Origin: Rotaria socialis
Lineage: Eukaryota
Reading direction: 5' to 3'
DNA length: 64,000 nucleotides
NCBI GenBank assembly: GCA_905331295.1
Contig: CAJNYD010000049.1
Coordinates: 1-64,000 of the forward strand
The position numbers were made by a program, and so were the translations under genes. This document shows positions 39,877-54,590 of this stretch, piece by piece; the stretch's first letter is position 1, and each line of letters opens with the position of its first letter. The notes below the pieces were generated by a model that saw only the letters and a list, made by a program, of their open reading frames with translations, was not told the DNA's origin and searched no databases.

Positions 39877-42800
39877 TGCTGAGAAACTAAGCTACCGTTA
39901 AGGACAATATGATCCTGAATTGAAATCTGAAAATTAGGTATCACTATTCAGTTATATTAGTTTCAAATATTTATGCAACAACAAATTAAGATTTAAAAGA
40001 AAAAACAAGACCAATCATCCGTTAAAGAATGGCCTATTACCTTTAGAAATAAAGCTTGCACGACGTGCTCTACGACGAATATAGCACACGAGAAAATGAA
40101 ACCTATTGATTTGCTGAGTGTCAAGCCTGATCAGTGGGTACTGCTAAAAATAAAATTGTCTGCTAGCCAATTTCACTTCTCAAATACAACTGAAGTTAAA
40201 AATATAATTAAATCATGTCTGAGACGAGACATTCATAAAAATATTACATGGTAAAGTGACGCGTTATTGTCACGAATATACATTATTCTTATTCGTTTAA
40301 ATATTAACAACACTCTTCATCATGCATCATCAATAAAATGAATCTATGTTCTGCATCATGACTTCGCTTTTATGCTAATGGTCTCGAACAACTGTGAGTG
40401 GCATATAGTGACATTCCTTGCCATATGAAATACTTTAACTAGTCCTAAAAAAGAATAAAAAATGTTGAAAAATAATAATATTCAAATAAATATTACATTA
40501 GTAGAAATGAACTCACCTACTCCCAACCCATAGCATACAATCATAGGTGTGAATATTTGTTGTACTCTCAACGGTGCATATCTGTATGCATGAAAAATAA
40601 ATGACCAACTCTACGCATGACTGCACGTCATGTGTTAAGAGCAAGCAAACTCAGCACTTATCATGTAATATGTATGTGTATTTTTTTTAGTGTTAGCAAT
40701 CTGCATTATTTTCTGTAGCTAGTCAGAACATTTCAAATGTCAAGTTCTTTCAAAAATTAGTTTCCAGTGTAAAAATGACTGCGAAGAATGAAAAACAATT
40801 TATTTTACCCACATCTTTCATAGAAGTCGTTTCAATTTAATGAATTGACCTGGAATTTTCTAGCAGAATAGAGAAAAACATGATCCGTGATGAAACGAAC
40901 GCTAAATAGAACCATCTAGATAAAAATAAAATATCTGTCGCCATTATTCAAGTTGTGCAAGTAACAGCTTAATATACTAACTTTTATTACGGTATCTATT
41001 TCGAATAAATAATAGTTTTGAATGATAAAGCTAGTTTAATATTTCTGACCAGTCGTCGAAGTTTAAAAGAGTTCTTTGCAAGTGAAAGAAAGATGAACAG
41101 ATTTTCAGTTAACAGTAGACTATTTTTATACTCAGAACTAGTGCAATTTCCACAAAAATTCATCAATAATTGGCAAAGCTTATCTAATATAGTATCAAGA
41201 AAATAAATTATACGACAATAATCGAAGAAAAATAACCTGAAAAATCAACACGGTGTGAATGTCGATTATTCATGAATGAGAATTTCTTTTTTCATATTGA
41301 AGTAGCGCCAAGTTGCTCTTTAGAAACCATTGGTGTGAATAAACATTGCACAAATATAAAATATCAACGTAGCTGTGTGACTACTAAAATAGTCTGAATC
41401 ATCATCATGTTGTTTTGACTTCGAACGAGGTGATATATAAAATTTATGCACATATGTTTACAATATCAGTAATTACTGATGCAAACGACTCGAAGCTATC
41501 CTTGAAAGAAAGAAAGAAACAAAGAAACGAGTGTGACTGAAGGCAGAAACGAGAACGACAAAAATTTAGAACACGTGTAACATGCTATTTGCAAGTTATA
41601 ATCCTCTCGTCTATTTTATCGCAATGACAGCAAAAAAAAAGATAACTAACTAGTCTGCAGCCACAGTGAATTGTAAAACCTATTGATGCTCGCGTGATCA
41701 TATAGAGAGCTATATAGTGATAGTAGAAGTCATTGCAGAATAATGTCAATCGTCACACATACTTAGGAGTGAGAGAGACGAATCAGAAGCTAACACGTAA
41801 GGTAAACGAATCTTGATATGGCTGATTATATTTTCTCAGCTACGTTACTTGAATTCTTCAATTTTCAAGTTCTTGTTATAAATACCGATGGTACAAAAGT
41901 GTTTCTCGCCAACAAAGACTTTGATGAAGGTAAGATTGATTTTATGAGTGAAAATAAACTAGACTGTCTTATTATATTGAAATTCATCTCAATATAATTC
42001 TTATCTTTCATTAATTGGCGTGGATACAAATTTATAGTATCAAAACAGCGTTGAATAGCCAATTGCCATTATAGTTTATTGCACGCTTAATTATCTTTTT
42101 CATACTCTTTACACGGTGTAACTTGCCCAATATGCAAGCAATAACAAAATGAGTATATTGTGGGAAGCATGTGAAATATGTACGGTATGTATAACTAATC
42201 GTTATATGATGCAGAATGTTGGAATGAAATTCGCATTCTCACCAAGTTTGAATGTTCTGTAAGCAGCATAGTGTACAAAGCAATCTATGACATGTTCGAG
42301 TACGATATGTGACGCTTTTCGCGTGCATTATGTTCACAAAAAATTATGCGTTTTTTCAGTTCAATTTGTATCAATGATACCATATCAAAAATTTTAGAGC
42401 GGTTCTATCTGGAGACCTGGGTGTCTCATACTCATCTGAACTAGATCATGGATAAAGAAAATTTTCAAAATTCGAACAGCTAGCTGCAATTTTTCAACCT
42501 TTCGAGCAAGGGGGGAAATCGCTCGGGCATTTCTAGCGATCCCAAGTCAATATAAGACACTGTTTTTTGTAGGCCATAAGTTAACTTTTGATTTCAATGT
42601 AATATGAGTAATTCAATGAGATGCAGTAGCTGTTAATTGAAAATCTTCTAATGCTTTATAATCACTGAAATAGATCTAGACAAATTGTACATGAAAATAC
42701 GTATACATTTCTTATGAGCACGTGACATGTTTATGTAGAGACACGTGTGCGAAAATACATGGTAAGAGAACATTCATCATACCGAACGTTTAAGACTCGT

Positions 42801-43719
42801 ACTCCGACATATTCTATCTTAGTGTATACTAGATTACTTACTGCATTACGATGACCGAGTGATCAAGACGTCTGATTAAAATCATGAAGTGGGCAACAAA
42901 TGCTATTGGATGGGATTTTTCAGCGTTGATTCACATTCCATGCGCAGCGCTCATTTGTTTTTAATAGAACTTGCATCGAATGATACTTGGCATGAGAGTT
43001 TACTCAAAGCTGAATCATATTTTAGGTGCAAAGCAGAATATTGAATTGTCCAAGTAGAATCTAGCATGATATTTTTTGGACGAACTGCTCTAAACATTCC
43101 CTGAAATATTTTATGTATGATTTCCTTTCAATGCATCTATTAGGACTGGTTCTTTAGACGAATTTTAATGCCTATTATCAGAACAGGAGAGAATTGAAAT
43201 TTGTCCTCGTCAATGTTTCAGTTTTCTATTTTATTTTATATGGATGAAAAGAATAACAATGTTATATCGGTGTTCTGAGAAAAATATCACTATTTCAAAT
43301 AATAATTTTCTCCCCGATAGTTGATGTGTATGCTCTATTTTCAATGATATTCCATCTTTGCTAAGTAATTGACGCGATAGTTTTTCACGTACAAAATATG
43401 TCTCGAAGATCTGCGGTGTATCCAGGTGGATGTGGGCCTTCTGTAGAGTGGCAGTCTATACTTGCACATGATCGTCATCACCATTTCTAAAATGTTTTGC
43501 TGAAATCACTGAAGTAACAGATTCGAATCGATAGAGAATATACACGATGGTTTGGTACTATGCAGTTTGTGCTAACACTGAATCTATGTTTGGTTCAAAT
43601 TTGCCTTTGTATTGGTTTCTTTGATGGTGTTCTACTATTTCAAATTGTGGTGTGTCATTCTTTTGTTGAATTGATTTAGCGTGCTTTTCATTCGTTAGTC
43701 ATCTGTATCCTTTGAGCGA

Positions 43720-44026
43720 TTTTTTCATATGTTTATCCACGTATTCATTAATGTACAGGTCTGTTAAAAGAGGAGATAGAGCATTGCCCATTGCTACACC
43801 ATATTTTTGTCTATAGAATTTTCTGTTGACTTGGAAATATTTATTCTTTGAATGTTATTTTAAGTATTTACTGTGGATCTATTTCAGTGAAATTTGATTT
43901 ACAGAATTTTTCGGAGTATTTCAACTTCTCGATTGCAATATCTATTGCTCTCAATACTGGTACATTTGTAACCAAGTCTTCGATCTGTAGGCTTACAAAA
44001 CTTTCGCCTCTATTCAAGTAATTTAA
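43720..44026 (-). mobile_element. Degenerate Penelope-like reverse transcriptase fragment
   Basis: Manual translation FVSLQIEDLVTNVPVLRAIDIA ... (stop, frameshift) YFQVNRKFYRQKYGVAMGNALSPLLTDLYI; catalytic Asp lost, YxDD not intact. Confidence 0.8.
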
Positions 44027-44308
44027 TTTCAATTATTTGGTGGATGACTTTTGATGTATTTGGTATGATACTATCCACTGTTTCTCTTTATTGTTTAATG
44101 TATGACAATGTTACATTAGATAAAGGTGAGATGATAGTATTATTTTTACATGTAATAGTTCTAATAGGGCTGCTTTGTGGGTATATTTTAAGGTGTGAGT
44201 GTCGGCTTGAATTTGAAATGTAGTTGTTTTTGTCTGTATTTCTCTTCAATCAAATTCACACCCACATCTACTTAGATCTTAGTCAAAAATATTTATTTCT
44301 TAGGCCAA

Positions 44309-45166
44309 CTAAACAATGCCAAAAGAAAAAGGTGGACACTTTTTTCGTGACATAACAGTCGAAGTCGTAAAATCAAGTTCACGTAATAGTTGTAGATATT
44401 TCATTGATGAGCAAAGGTTTTTGTGGCAATCTTTCCAATGTTGAGTTTGACATAATTTACTACAATACAATGCTATTTGGCATTTGGAACACTTCTTCAA
44501 TGGTAGGCTTGCCGACGCCAGTTGTGAATTTTCATCTACATGTGAAGATTGGTCAACTGAAACAGGATTTTCATTTTTCTCTAGAGGTGAGTTTTGAGTT
44601 GGACTTGGTGATTTTGCTCCGCACTGAAAGCAACCTGGAGGAGCCATCATGGATCCGAAAGTTTTAATGAGTGTTTCCATAGAACATTTGAAAATAACTA
44701 CGAGATCTCCATCTACTTGTCGAACACCAGTACTCATGTCGAGAAAATCATGCTTTTCAGCATACATTATTAAAACCGTATGCCCGATTAATGCGTCATT
44801 AAATGAGAAAGTAGGTATGTTATTGTCCTCCTCGAGATAAAAATGAACTGTAACCTTCTCATCAAATCGGGTACGAATCGTTAACTTAGGACGATTGAAA
44901 TAGTTAACGTTTTCGATTTCTCCCATCAAACACCATCGACGGATCTGTTTAAAACTGCCTTTAATCATTCTCCAGTAAGGTTCACATGGCTGATCCTCGT
45001 GGCACACACCATCAAAAGACGGGCAGTCAACGTGATTATCCAACTTGTTGATATTAGGACAATAGTCAAATGCGGGTTCCCGACCGGTAGGCTTGATATT
45101 GGCTTCTTTGTCACCAAAGCCACAGGAGCAAGGTTTGATTGAAACATCATTCGCCCATCTAGACAT
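44309..45166 (-). CDS. MYND zinc-finger protein
   Basis: CFQC ... LKKCSKCQIALYCSKLCQTQHWKDCHKNLC; N-terminal beta-rich domain (WCLMGEI, GHTVLIMYAEKHDFLD). Confidence 0.85.
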   Translation of the reverse strand: MSRWANDVSIKPCSCGFGDKEANIKPTGREPAFDYCPNINKLDNHVDCPSFDGVCHEDQPCEPYWRMIKGSFKQIRRWCLMGEIENVNYFNRPKLTIRTRFDEKVTVHFYLEEDNNIPTFSFNDALIGHTVLIMYAEKHDFLDMSTGVRQVDGDLVVIFKCSMETLIKTFGSMMAPPGCFQCGAKSPSPTQNSPLEKNENPVSVDQSSHVDENSQLASASLPLKKCSKCQIALYCSKLCQTQHWKDCHKNLCSSMKYLQLLRELDFTTSTVMSRKKCPPFSFGIV

Positions 45167-46778
45167 TTTAATTCGAGTTACAATCTAACTGAAGAAGATT
45201 GGTAGTGATGAAATCGTTTAAACTAAAAGGAAAAATAGTTACAATTTAAATATTTACACAAAGAGAATTATCTGAGTGATGCACGTGTCTTCTCTTAGTT
45301 TTGTTTTCCCCGAAAATCGATATCTCTGTCGTGCAAAAGTGACATTTGAGTAGCTGTTTTCATTTGCATAGAAAGAATTCAATAAGAAACTGGAGACTGA
45401 TGCGCATTGTTGACTGACAGCAATTTGTATGTGGGTACTATTGTGGGTTATTCATGAGAACAGCCACGTCCACATTCTCAAAATTAAGTACATGAATTTC
45501 TCTCCCTCGTATTTTCTTTCAATCTTTGATGTGGAATATTCTTTTTCTTCTCTTTTAACTTTTTATATTTTACTGCTTTTTGTAACTACTTTTTTTATCG
45601 TGTTTTTTCAATTATTTAAAATAATGAATTTGAAAGCAAACAAATGTTTTTCATTCATTTTTTTGCATCCTTTCAATTCATTTAATGGGTTCTTCATTGC
45701 CAATATGATATAAAACGAAGAAAAATTTCTATTTTTCATTTACTTCCGAGCAGAAAAAGAGAATGAAGAAATGATTCACGAGACATTCGAGATCGAATCG
45801 CTCAGCATATCGATGACATACAGATTGCCAAGTCGATCGAAGGACAAGCCGATGGATTAGTTGAGCTAATTTGCTCTTTGCTCCTTGACCATTTCCACCT
45901 GCAATTACAGTAATTGGTTGATTGTCCCCTTCTGCAACATAGCATGTACTCTTCGTATCGACGAATAGTCCTCAAGAATACGACAACTGTTTCAGAGCAT
46001 TCTCGAAGCTGTGACTTCCAGCGATGACTATACCTTCTTTTGCACCTTTATTCTATTTCATTATACGATGATTGCTGTTGTCTGACACGTAGATATTTTT
46101 TTGTCGATCCACAAAGAGATTAATCGGAAATTCGAGTTGATTGAGACCATCACCTTGTTCATTACCACTATCCATAATGGCTTCATTATTGTCTCCTAGT
46201 CGATATTCTCTTACTTCATGCTTTTTTTTATGTCAGCGACGTAGAGATATCTCTGGTCATCAATTACTAGTCCACAACATATGGTATTATTAACAAAAAG
46301 ACTATAAGGTACATAGAGTTGATAGGTATAATCACCTAACCCGTGACCTCCACGAACAGTAAAGCCATTCTGTGCTCATTTGGCAGTAGCAGGAATAATG
46401 AAAAGCACTACAAAAACCAGAAAAAGGAAAATTCATCATCATTGTTGTCTGTTCGATTTCTTGAAATTTCTGTTATTACCTTTCTCCCTCTCGTGTCAAA
46501 GTTCAATTTCGAGCATACAATATTTCATACAAAGAATCGTCTCAAACGTTTCCAATTATGCCCATGAGTACTTGGGGTGTGGGTTTCTATTATTTTCCAT
46601 TTCACCCACACCCTCAAGATTAAATTGCTACACTAAAGATTAAATAATTACAGGAAACTTTATATAGCTATGCATTACATAAAAGATGTCGACTGAAATC
46701 TCACAAGAACGAACAGTATCTCTTTTGAGAATGAACCGTTGCAGTCATTGCATGCTTTTTAATGTCTACTTGGGTATG

Positions 46779-48930
46779 TTACTGATGAGTTTGTCTGTGT
46801 AAGGTACGTGGATCGAGGGAAGCGATGCACTTGAAGGGACGAAATAGTCTTTCAAATAGTTCCGGCAGTGACTCAGACAAATTCATATTTTCGCGAGCGT
46901 TTTCAGCACTTTGGATAATATTTTTGATATGCAAAAGATGAGGATTTTCCACAGGCCACATATGAAGGCAAATGCTAAGCGCTTTTTTATATAAAGGTAG
47001 TGCTGTCCATAAATCGGCTTTCTCTTCAATGCTGCCTTTATTTACTAATACAATAGCGATCTCTATATGTTCTGATGGTAGCGATTTCTTGTAGACTTCA
47101 AGCGCGCGCTTATAATAGTCCAATGCCGTGTCATATTCGCCAAGACGTTGATGAACTTCTGCCATATTATTCCAGGATGTACCAAAGCGGAAATGAGTCC
47201 GTGGCAAATGTTTTAATCGAATCTCCCGAGCTTTTTTATGATAATCAAGTGCATCAGGATATATCTTCTGTTCTTTACAGACGACACCGATGTTAGTATA
47301 AGTCATGGCGCTCGCCAGATCATCTTCACCAAGCGCTTGTTGAAAGATAGCTAACGCCTCGTGGTACAATTGTAGTGCCTGGTCAAAGTTACACCTATTG
47401 TAATGCACACGCGCGATAGCGGTGAGTGTATCAGCAATACTCGGATCTGATGATTTTAATGTTTGCCTTCGAATGTTTAACGATTTATTAAGAAGATCGA
47501 CGGCACGTTCATCGTCACCGTTTTCTGTGGCTACTAAACCAAGCAAGTAATAACAGTAAGGCTTCCACACATGATCATCAGACGGCAGTAATTCCAGACA
47601 ACGATTATAATAAGTTTTTGAATGTTCGAATTTACCCATATTGTGCAGTGAATTACCAAATTCGAGAAGATCTAATTCGCATCGACTAGACTCTGTTAAC
47701 AAATAATCAAAGATTGGTTCCAAAATCTCATTATGATTACTGAATAATTTTAGTTCAATCAACCATACTCCGTATTTATCAATCTGAATGCTTTCAATCC
47801 GAAAAATTGATCCCGACATAAATAAAATTTCTCCTTCGTCAGAAAAGTTGCTCAGGAGTGATATATCAGCAAATGGTTTAATACCGCCAATTGATGGATC
47901 GGCATATATTTTAAAGAGTACTTTCTCTAAACCCTCCGTACCACCACCAATGAAGAATTCAGCTATATCAGGATCAAGAGTCGTTGAGAACAATGAATTT
48001 ATTCCAATCAACTTTCCGACTGATTGCTGCAATCTTTCCACTTCATATTTCGACAGAGATTGACCTCGATAAACATATCCTGGAGATGACCATTGATTTT
48101 CTTTGAGTTGCTGTGCAATATCACGAAGAAAAAAACGAAAAACAAAAAGTACATCGATGTTTTGTACACGAAGTGCTTTGTTCAGAATTCGATAAACAAA
48201 CGAGTTTCTTGTATACCACCACACTGATTTATCACTTGAATATTCGTTTTGAAATTCGTGCACAAGTTGCAATTGACTGTCTTGATCTTTGATATCTTTT
48301 TGATTGTGACAAAAGTCAATAAATTCTTTGATTGCCGCTGAAGTCGATTTCATTTTTTGAAGAGTCTCAATCAATAGTTGTGAATGAATGAAATGGCCAT
48401 CTAATTCGGCAGTTGACTTCTCTTGATCATCATCAGTGCCGAATATGTCAAATGAGAACAGATCATCGTCTTCACGACCTGGTCGAATCCTATAACTTGA
48501 TGTCATGAACGTAGCAAGTTGATTCCACTGAGAATATATGCCTCGAAACTAAGAAAGAAGATTCTCTAAATCATTAAAGTTGCTGTATGTGTATAATTAC
48601 TTTTCTAAACTGTCGAAACCATGATTCATTTGGCTGTATCTCAGCGCTACAAATATATATGGCTAACACTTGTCGAAGTTGATCAATTCGAGGTATAATT
48701 TGTTGGCCCAATGGAACATCGTCAATAAAGACAATGCAATCATCATCCGAAAGGGATCGGATGAATTGCTCACATTCAATAATATTTTCAAATAACTTTA
48801 TATGATTGATTGATGACGGAATTTGTTTTAAAGTATCAAGAATGTGTTGATAGTTACTGTGAGAGTCAAATAGTGAAATCTGCCAATGTGTCTTAACATT
48901 ATTGTTATTCGCTGTTGAAGCTGACTGCAT
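46779..48930 (-). CDS. ADP-ribosyltransferase (R-S-E clade) + TPR repeat protein, intact
   Basis: Exons 48930-48601 and 48548-46779 (52-bp intron, in frame); WWYTRNSFVYRILNKALR, VYRGQ, NSLFSTT, DEGEILF; about 6 TPRs of about 42 aa. Confidence 0.9.
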
Positions 48931-51746
48931 TGTCTTCTGTCAATAAATTAGAGACTAAATAAAAATTGAAAATTGAAAAAAATGATTATAGTGTAATGAA
49001 TTGTTACGTTCTTCCTCTTTATTATCAATTTCCTTGATACAACTACTGAGCTTTTACAGATAGTGTGCGCTTTTTATACACAATCCAGAAAGAAGAGGAA
49101 GATAGGAAAAGAAAAACAACTCTGAAGAAACATAAACATAGAAAGGAAGAACAAATAGCAAACTAACAAGGTAAAAACGTTATGATGCATCAGAACAGTC
49201 GAGAAGTATAAAGATAGATAATTCACTACAATATATTCAATGGGGGATGCCACGTATAGTAGCAATCGTTTACTTCTAATTCCAAGGTAGACATGAGCAA
49301 AATAAAAACTTCAATTATATTCAAAGCAAACAGTCGCATGTTAACTAGCAATTAAGTAGTAATGAAGCATATACCGACAACAGTCGATACAAATCAAATT
49401 GAAATTTCGTTCTGCCGCAGTTTGTGTTAACGTTTTGTGTATATTGTTGCCCATAGAAGCGTAACACACGTGCCTATCGTGTATTTCAAAAAGGTGATAG
49501 TATCGATAAATTACATCAAGCAAAGAAAAAACAGCTTCGATTGTAAAAGTAACTATTCAAAATCGCAATCATATTCTTATGGTAATCGCTCTAGAGATTT
49601 ATCAACTTTTTCATCAATGTCTGTCGCAACGAGTAATATCCAATCAAGCAACATTAATAAAAAAAAATGCTTCAAATTTAGGGCGTCATAGTTTTGAAAC
49701 GATGTCTTAATCATTTGAATATAAAAATTTACCATACATTTTAAGATTTGACGTGGTATTCTAACCTGAACCAGAAAGTAAAGCTCAAGTACTACTCCTA
49801 ATCAATACCTCTATACTCTTAGATCTCTATGGAAGCTATTATTATTATTATTATGCTTCTATTCCTCTGTATTTACTTATACCCCTAAAACTGTGTATAT
49901 GTTGTTATGTTTCTTTTCTACGGTCTATTTTGCTTCATATAATAATATAATATTAGGCAGTGCGTGTGGGTGTTCGTTCGAAGAAAATCAACAACAACAC
50001 CGACATCCAAATTTTTGGTTCCCCACCCCATTACAGACATTGATGAGTTAAAAATTGTGCTAATTAGGAGCTTCACTAATTAGGTTGCTATTTTTTCTTT
50101 TTTTTATTATAATTACAGACCACAGCAACCAGTCTCTGTCATTGTTAAAGACGCCAGGTAATAATTAATACTCCATTACAGACATACGCAAATAGGTAAT
50201 GACTTAATTATAGATCTTGAAAATTAAGATTGATTTTGCACATGAACTATTTTGAATTAGTTTAGTAAGCCTAAGGGATATTTATGGGTTTCACACTTTA
50301 GCCCCAAATGCGCTGCGCTAACAAACTTTTATAAATCAATCATAAAAAATTTGAAAACTAATGAAGAATATTCAACATCGCCTAGTCGGAGAAGATTACT
50401 TAGTATCCTTTGAAGAAATATGCATCCTATTCATTAAAGCTTTTTTGTACATGACTCGATTATTAGTCGTTCAATAATTCTTAGTTATTTTTACTAATTT
50501 ATATGAACATTGGTTTGCCTCTGTCATGTAACAAACAGGTTCGGAGCGTATTACATTTTAAAACCCGTTCGAGTGTAAATCTTTGAACATTTATAATCGT
50601 TTTGCTACGCATTAACAAGAAATGAGAGTAAATCTATTAGGCGGGTGTGGGTATGGGTGCGGGTGATATAGCCAAAAATGCGCGTCTTGAACCCCGCACG
50701 CACCCTGTTGCTTATTTTTCATATGTATTAATGATATTGCTGTGAATTTCAAAACAGAAGAAAGTAAAGATAGCTTCTCTGTTGGAAACAGATATATAAT
50801 AAATCATGAGTTTAAAATGTCATATTTTATACATGCATATAAAAATCTTCACTTATTAAAAAAACATTGTATTCAATCTAGTCGAATTTCATAAATTATT
50901 ATTTTCTTCAGATTACGGTCAACCTCAACATTTGAATCGCTTTCAAGTGAAATAGTATGCAATATTATCACAAACTGCAAGAATGAAGTAGAGGTACTGA
51001 TCAATTTTAACCATAAAATAAGTCGACATTTTACTACACTTATTAACCAATGCAAACCACGCCGTTTCAATGTGGAAAAATATGATTTTCGATTTTGCAT
51101 GGAGATTTCGCCTGGTTGTATCGACAGAATATGAGAGTGTGTACTCAAGGTTCTTGTCATCTACCCAATTACAAGCACATCCTTGGAATAAAAGACCTTG
51201 CATAGTGATCGAGAGAACTAAATTTCTATGAGGTGGCCCTTATTCCTTTAGGAATCGACGAAGGATCTTGATGAAAAATGTGAAAATTTCGCGAACACCA
51301 GCGACTTGTTCACATTGTAATTATATGGTCGTAAACCACAGTTCTCAAATGAAAAGATAAAAAAAGAGCAAAAACCGTTGACATATGACAAACAGTCACT
51401 CTATTGTTGTTTTGCTTCAAAATTCATTCATTCCCAATCTCAATAGTAGATATCGATTCAATCAACATGGAGAATAGCGGTAAACTTGAGAATCGATCAG
51501 GCTTGCTGCTATAGCACCAATGCAAATTAAGTAAAGACCAATTATGGACACCTACTTAATATCCAGGCTTTCTATTGTAACTTGAGCATTTTTAAAAGCT
51601 TATTGTGTACTCAAGATCAAGAATACACAGTGCACATACAATCGTATATGTGGACGTGTTACCACATGGCTCAGCATTGCGATTGTATATTGGCAAGGTC
51701 CTATTCAAAGAATTACGACCGTATATATATATATATATGTCGTATC

Positions 51747-52002
51747 GAAGTTACACCGATCGGCGAAGTTACTTTTAATTCATTTATCAATAAATAATTT
51801 ACTAAACTGAATGTTCCACCGCTGACCGAATGATCCAAAATATTATTTTAAATAAATACTCCTTATTCAGCAATATTGCTGAATAAGTAGTATTTATTTA
51901 AAAAAATATTTTGGACCATTCAGCGAACGGTGGAACATTCAATTTAGTAAATTATTTATTGATAAATGAATTAAAAGTAACTTCGTCGACCGGTGTAACT
52001 TC
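51747..52002. repeat. 256-bp spacerless near-perfect palindrome (foldback element)
   Basis: GAAGTTACACCG...CAGCAAT|ATTGCTG...CGGTGTAACTTC; centre between 51874 and 51875. Confidence 0.95.
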
Positions 52003-53259
52003 TATATATCAACTACAAATGTCTCGTTTTTTCTTCTTTGAAGATGTGATTTAAAAAAAAGTGCATACCAATTCAGAGGTGTTCATGTTCTGTTAACTTT
52101 CGAGTTGACTTACAAGTAAACGAAGATATGGTCATGCCGTAGTTTCTATCGGATATTCTCGCTATCAGCGAACATCGAGAATACAATCGAGACGTGACCT
52201 GTACTTCAAACATGAGTTTTTGTAAAACATGTTAAGATGTGTTTATGGTATTATTATAAGAATGTTTGTCAATATGATCGATGTCAATGTTTCACAGTTC
52301 GATTAAATTACTAACTGAAGCAGTTATTCATCTAGTAACGATTTTAATAACGAACATCTAGAGAAAGAAAAAATGACTATTCTCAAATCTGCTCTATAAA
52401 ATTGTAAATAGAGTCAATTTCGATTTCTTCTTACACCGCTATTTCAGGTTAATTTAAGAAAATTCATCAAGAAAACAACGTCTTTATTTTGTCGTGGATT
52501 TTTCTTTTGTTGACTTACGAGCTATCAAGTGACACACGCAAAAAATGGGATAAGAATATACAAAAAAAACAGAAAGAGAAAGAGAGAAAGGAACAGCTCG
52601 TATAATAAACATTTAAGAGTAAAACACTGCAAAGATGTGTGTAGTTTTCGTATTATACATTTTTGTGTCGTGTTTGCCAATCTCCATCCTATCTATGTGA
52701 GAACCGTTAAGTTTAGTAGGTCCGGGTTCACGAAGGGGGAAGATCTTTGTTTTCGGTTGACACACGTGATCTCGTATTATTGTTACTGATCTTAACGGTA
52801 CAACACATTAAATTGATGAGCCAAACTGTTGTTGAAATTAAGTTCTTCGTCACTATAAGTGGTCCTTTGTTCAATTGATATAGTTATTCGAGCTATTAAC
52901 TAGAAAAAAACAGAACGTTGAGTTAGCAAATATAACAAAACCCCAACAGTCCTAGAGAAAGAATTGTGATTCGAATCAACATTCAACAGGAAAGAGTTGT
53001 CTATGTCTCAGCAGTTCAATTCGTTTGGTACTTCATTTTTTGGATAATTATAATTGGTCGATTATAATAACATACGTATATAGTGCTGTATTCAAGGTTT
53101 TGTTTCTTTCTCAGCGAGGAGGACTATTGATAGATATATTTCTCGTTTTGTGAAATTTTCTCTTCTCGTAACGGTCCCAATCGATTTTTCTCAATCTTCC
53201 ACCTAGACACGTTATACTGTTTGCTGATATTTTACCTTTTTCTTCACAGACAAAGGCAA

Positions 53260-53810
53260 TGATGCCGTCTTATATGCAAGTACTTATCTCAGTGAGCCTA
53301 TCAAGCAACATGTAATGGTACTAATTTGTTAGCTCCGGGTCCGCAAAGTGCTACTAATTATGATCCAGGTTTCAATGGAAAAACAGCCGTTTCATCGCAA
53401 ACATTTCACATATTCATTTCCCAGATTCACTTAACGAAAATCAAAACATTTATCCAACAGATTGGTTGCGAATCCGTTATCGGGATGGTGAACAGACTGC
53501 GATTCAGCGTTTTCTCCAGTTCCATTCATCTATGTCAATGTATCAACAACGGCAACTACAGGTCCTACTCCAGCTGTAGCTTTTATATTAGGCCAAACGG
53601 TTCAAGCTACAATTACTGTTCCGTCAAAGAGGACTGATCAGGGCACATTTCAATTTTTCTGGCGTAACAATGAAGTCGGTTCGGGTGTAATGTGGTTATT
53701 ATGTGTTGATGTTGCGATTACCACTCTCGGCACAACGATAGTTCCATCAATACTTTCTATTGTTTTTGTTGTTCTAATGACTACTATTGGTACCATGTTG
53801 TTTTAAAATA
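53260..53810 (+). pseudogene. Frameshifted gene for a probable GPI-anchored/secreted beta-sandwich protein
   Basis: Coding-like pieces in different frames, ending GTFQFFWRNNEVGSGVMWLLCVDVAIT plus a hydrophobic C-terminus and TAA. Confidence 0.4.
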
Positions 53811-54590
53811 GAACAACAGTCAGATCATGCATTACAAAGATTAATTGAATTTGCTTGAACATCAACATTTTGATTTCAACAATGATTTGATGTTATCATT
53901 AGAAAATAAATAATCGAGACATTTGTGTAAAATCTTCATGAAAAATGTTTTATCTTTTCGCTTCCTTTATTTCACAAATCTTACAGCTCTTATCGTTCAC
54001 ATATATTTTGTAGATGTGTGGTGTGAGCATGCAAGTCACAAATACACCAAAACCCAGTCAACCAGAGCTCTCCATTATATGATTCTGTGAACCTCTACAA
54101 CGGTATCCATGTTTTCCCTTAACTCTTTGGATTCCCTTAAATGGTGCTCACGTCAACCAAAATAACTTTTTATCACTTTATTTATCTTTCTTCATACAAC
54201 ATTTAGATATCCTTCATGTAGATAACAAACACGGTTTTTTCCTAGATACAACAGTTTTTTTTCTTGTTCTCTAGATATTTCAAGTAAAACACAATGTTAG
54301 CTTTTATTGATGGCTAGAAAACAGAATGAGGATACCCGTTTATTTCTTTTCGACATGTCGTGTATTTGCTTCTTCTGTTCTGTATAAAAAGCACGTGTAA
54401 TACTATTTCAATAGCATTTGTTCGCTGCAAACAAAATATTTGATTTTACAAAGTTGGGTACATTGACTTCTATCTCAACGTCAATACGTGTATTTCTCCC
54501 TTATATATAGATGAATCAAGCGCGGCCATTCATTCTTTTTCATTTTGCTTCAGAATACTTTATCACAAGCCAATATCTAACTGACAAGCC

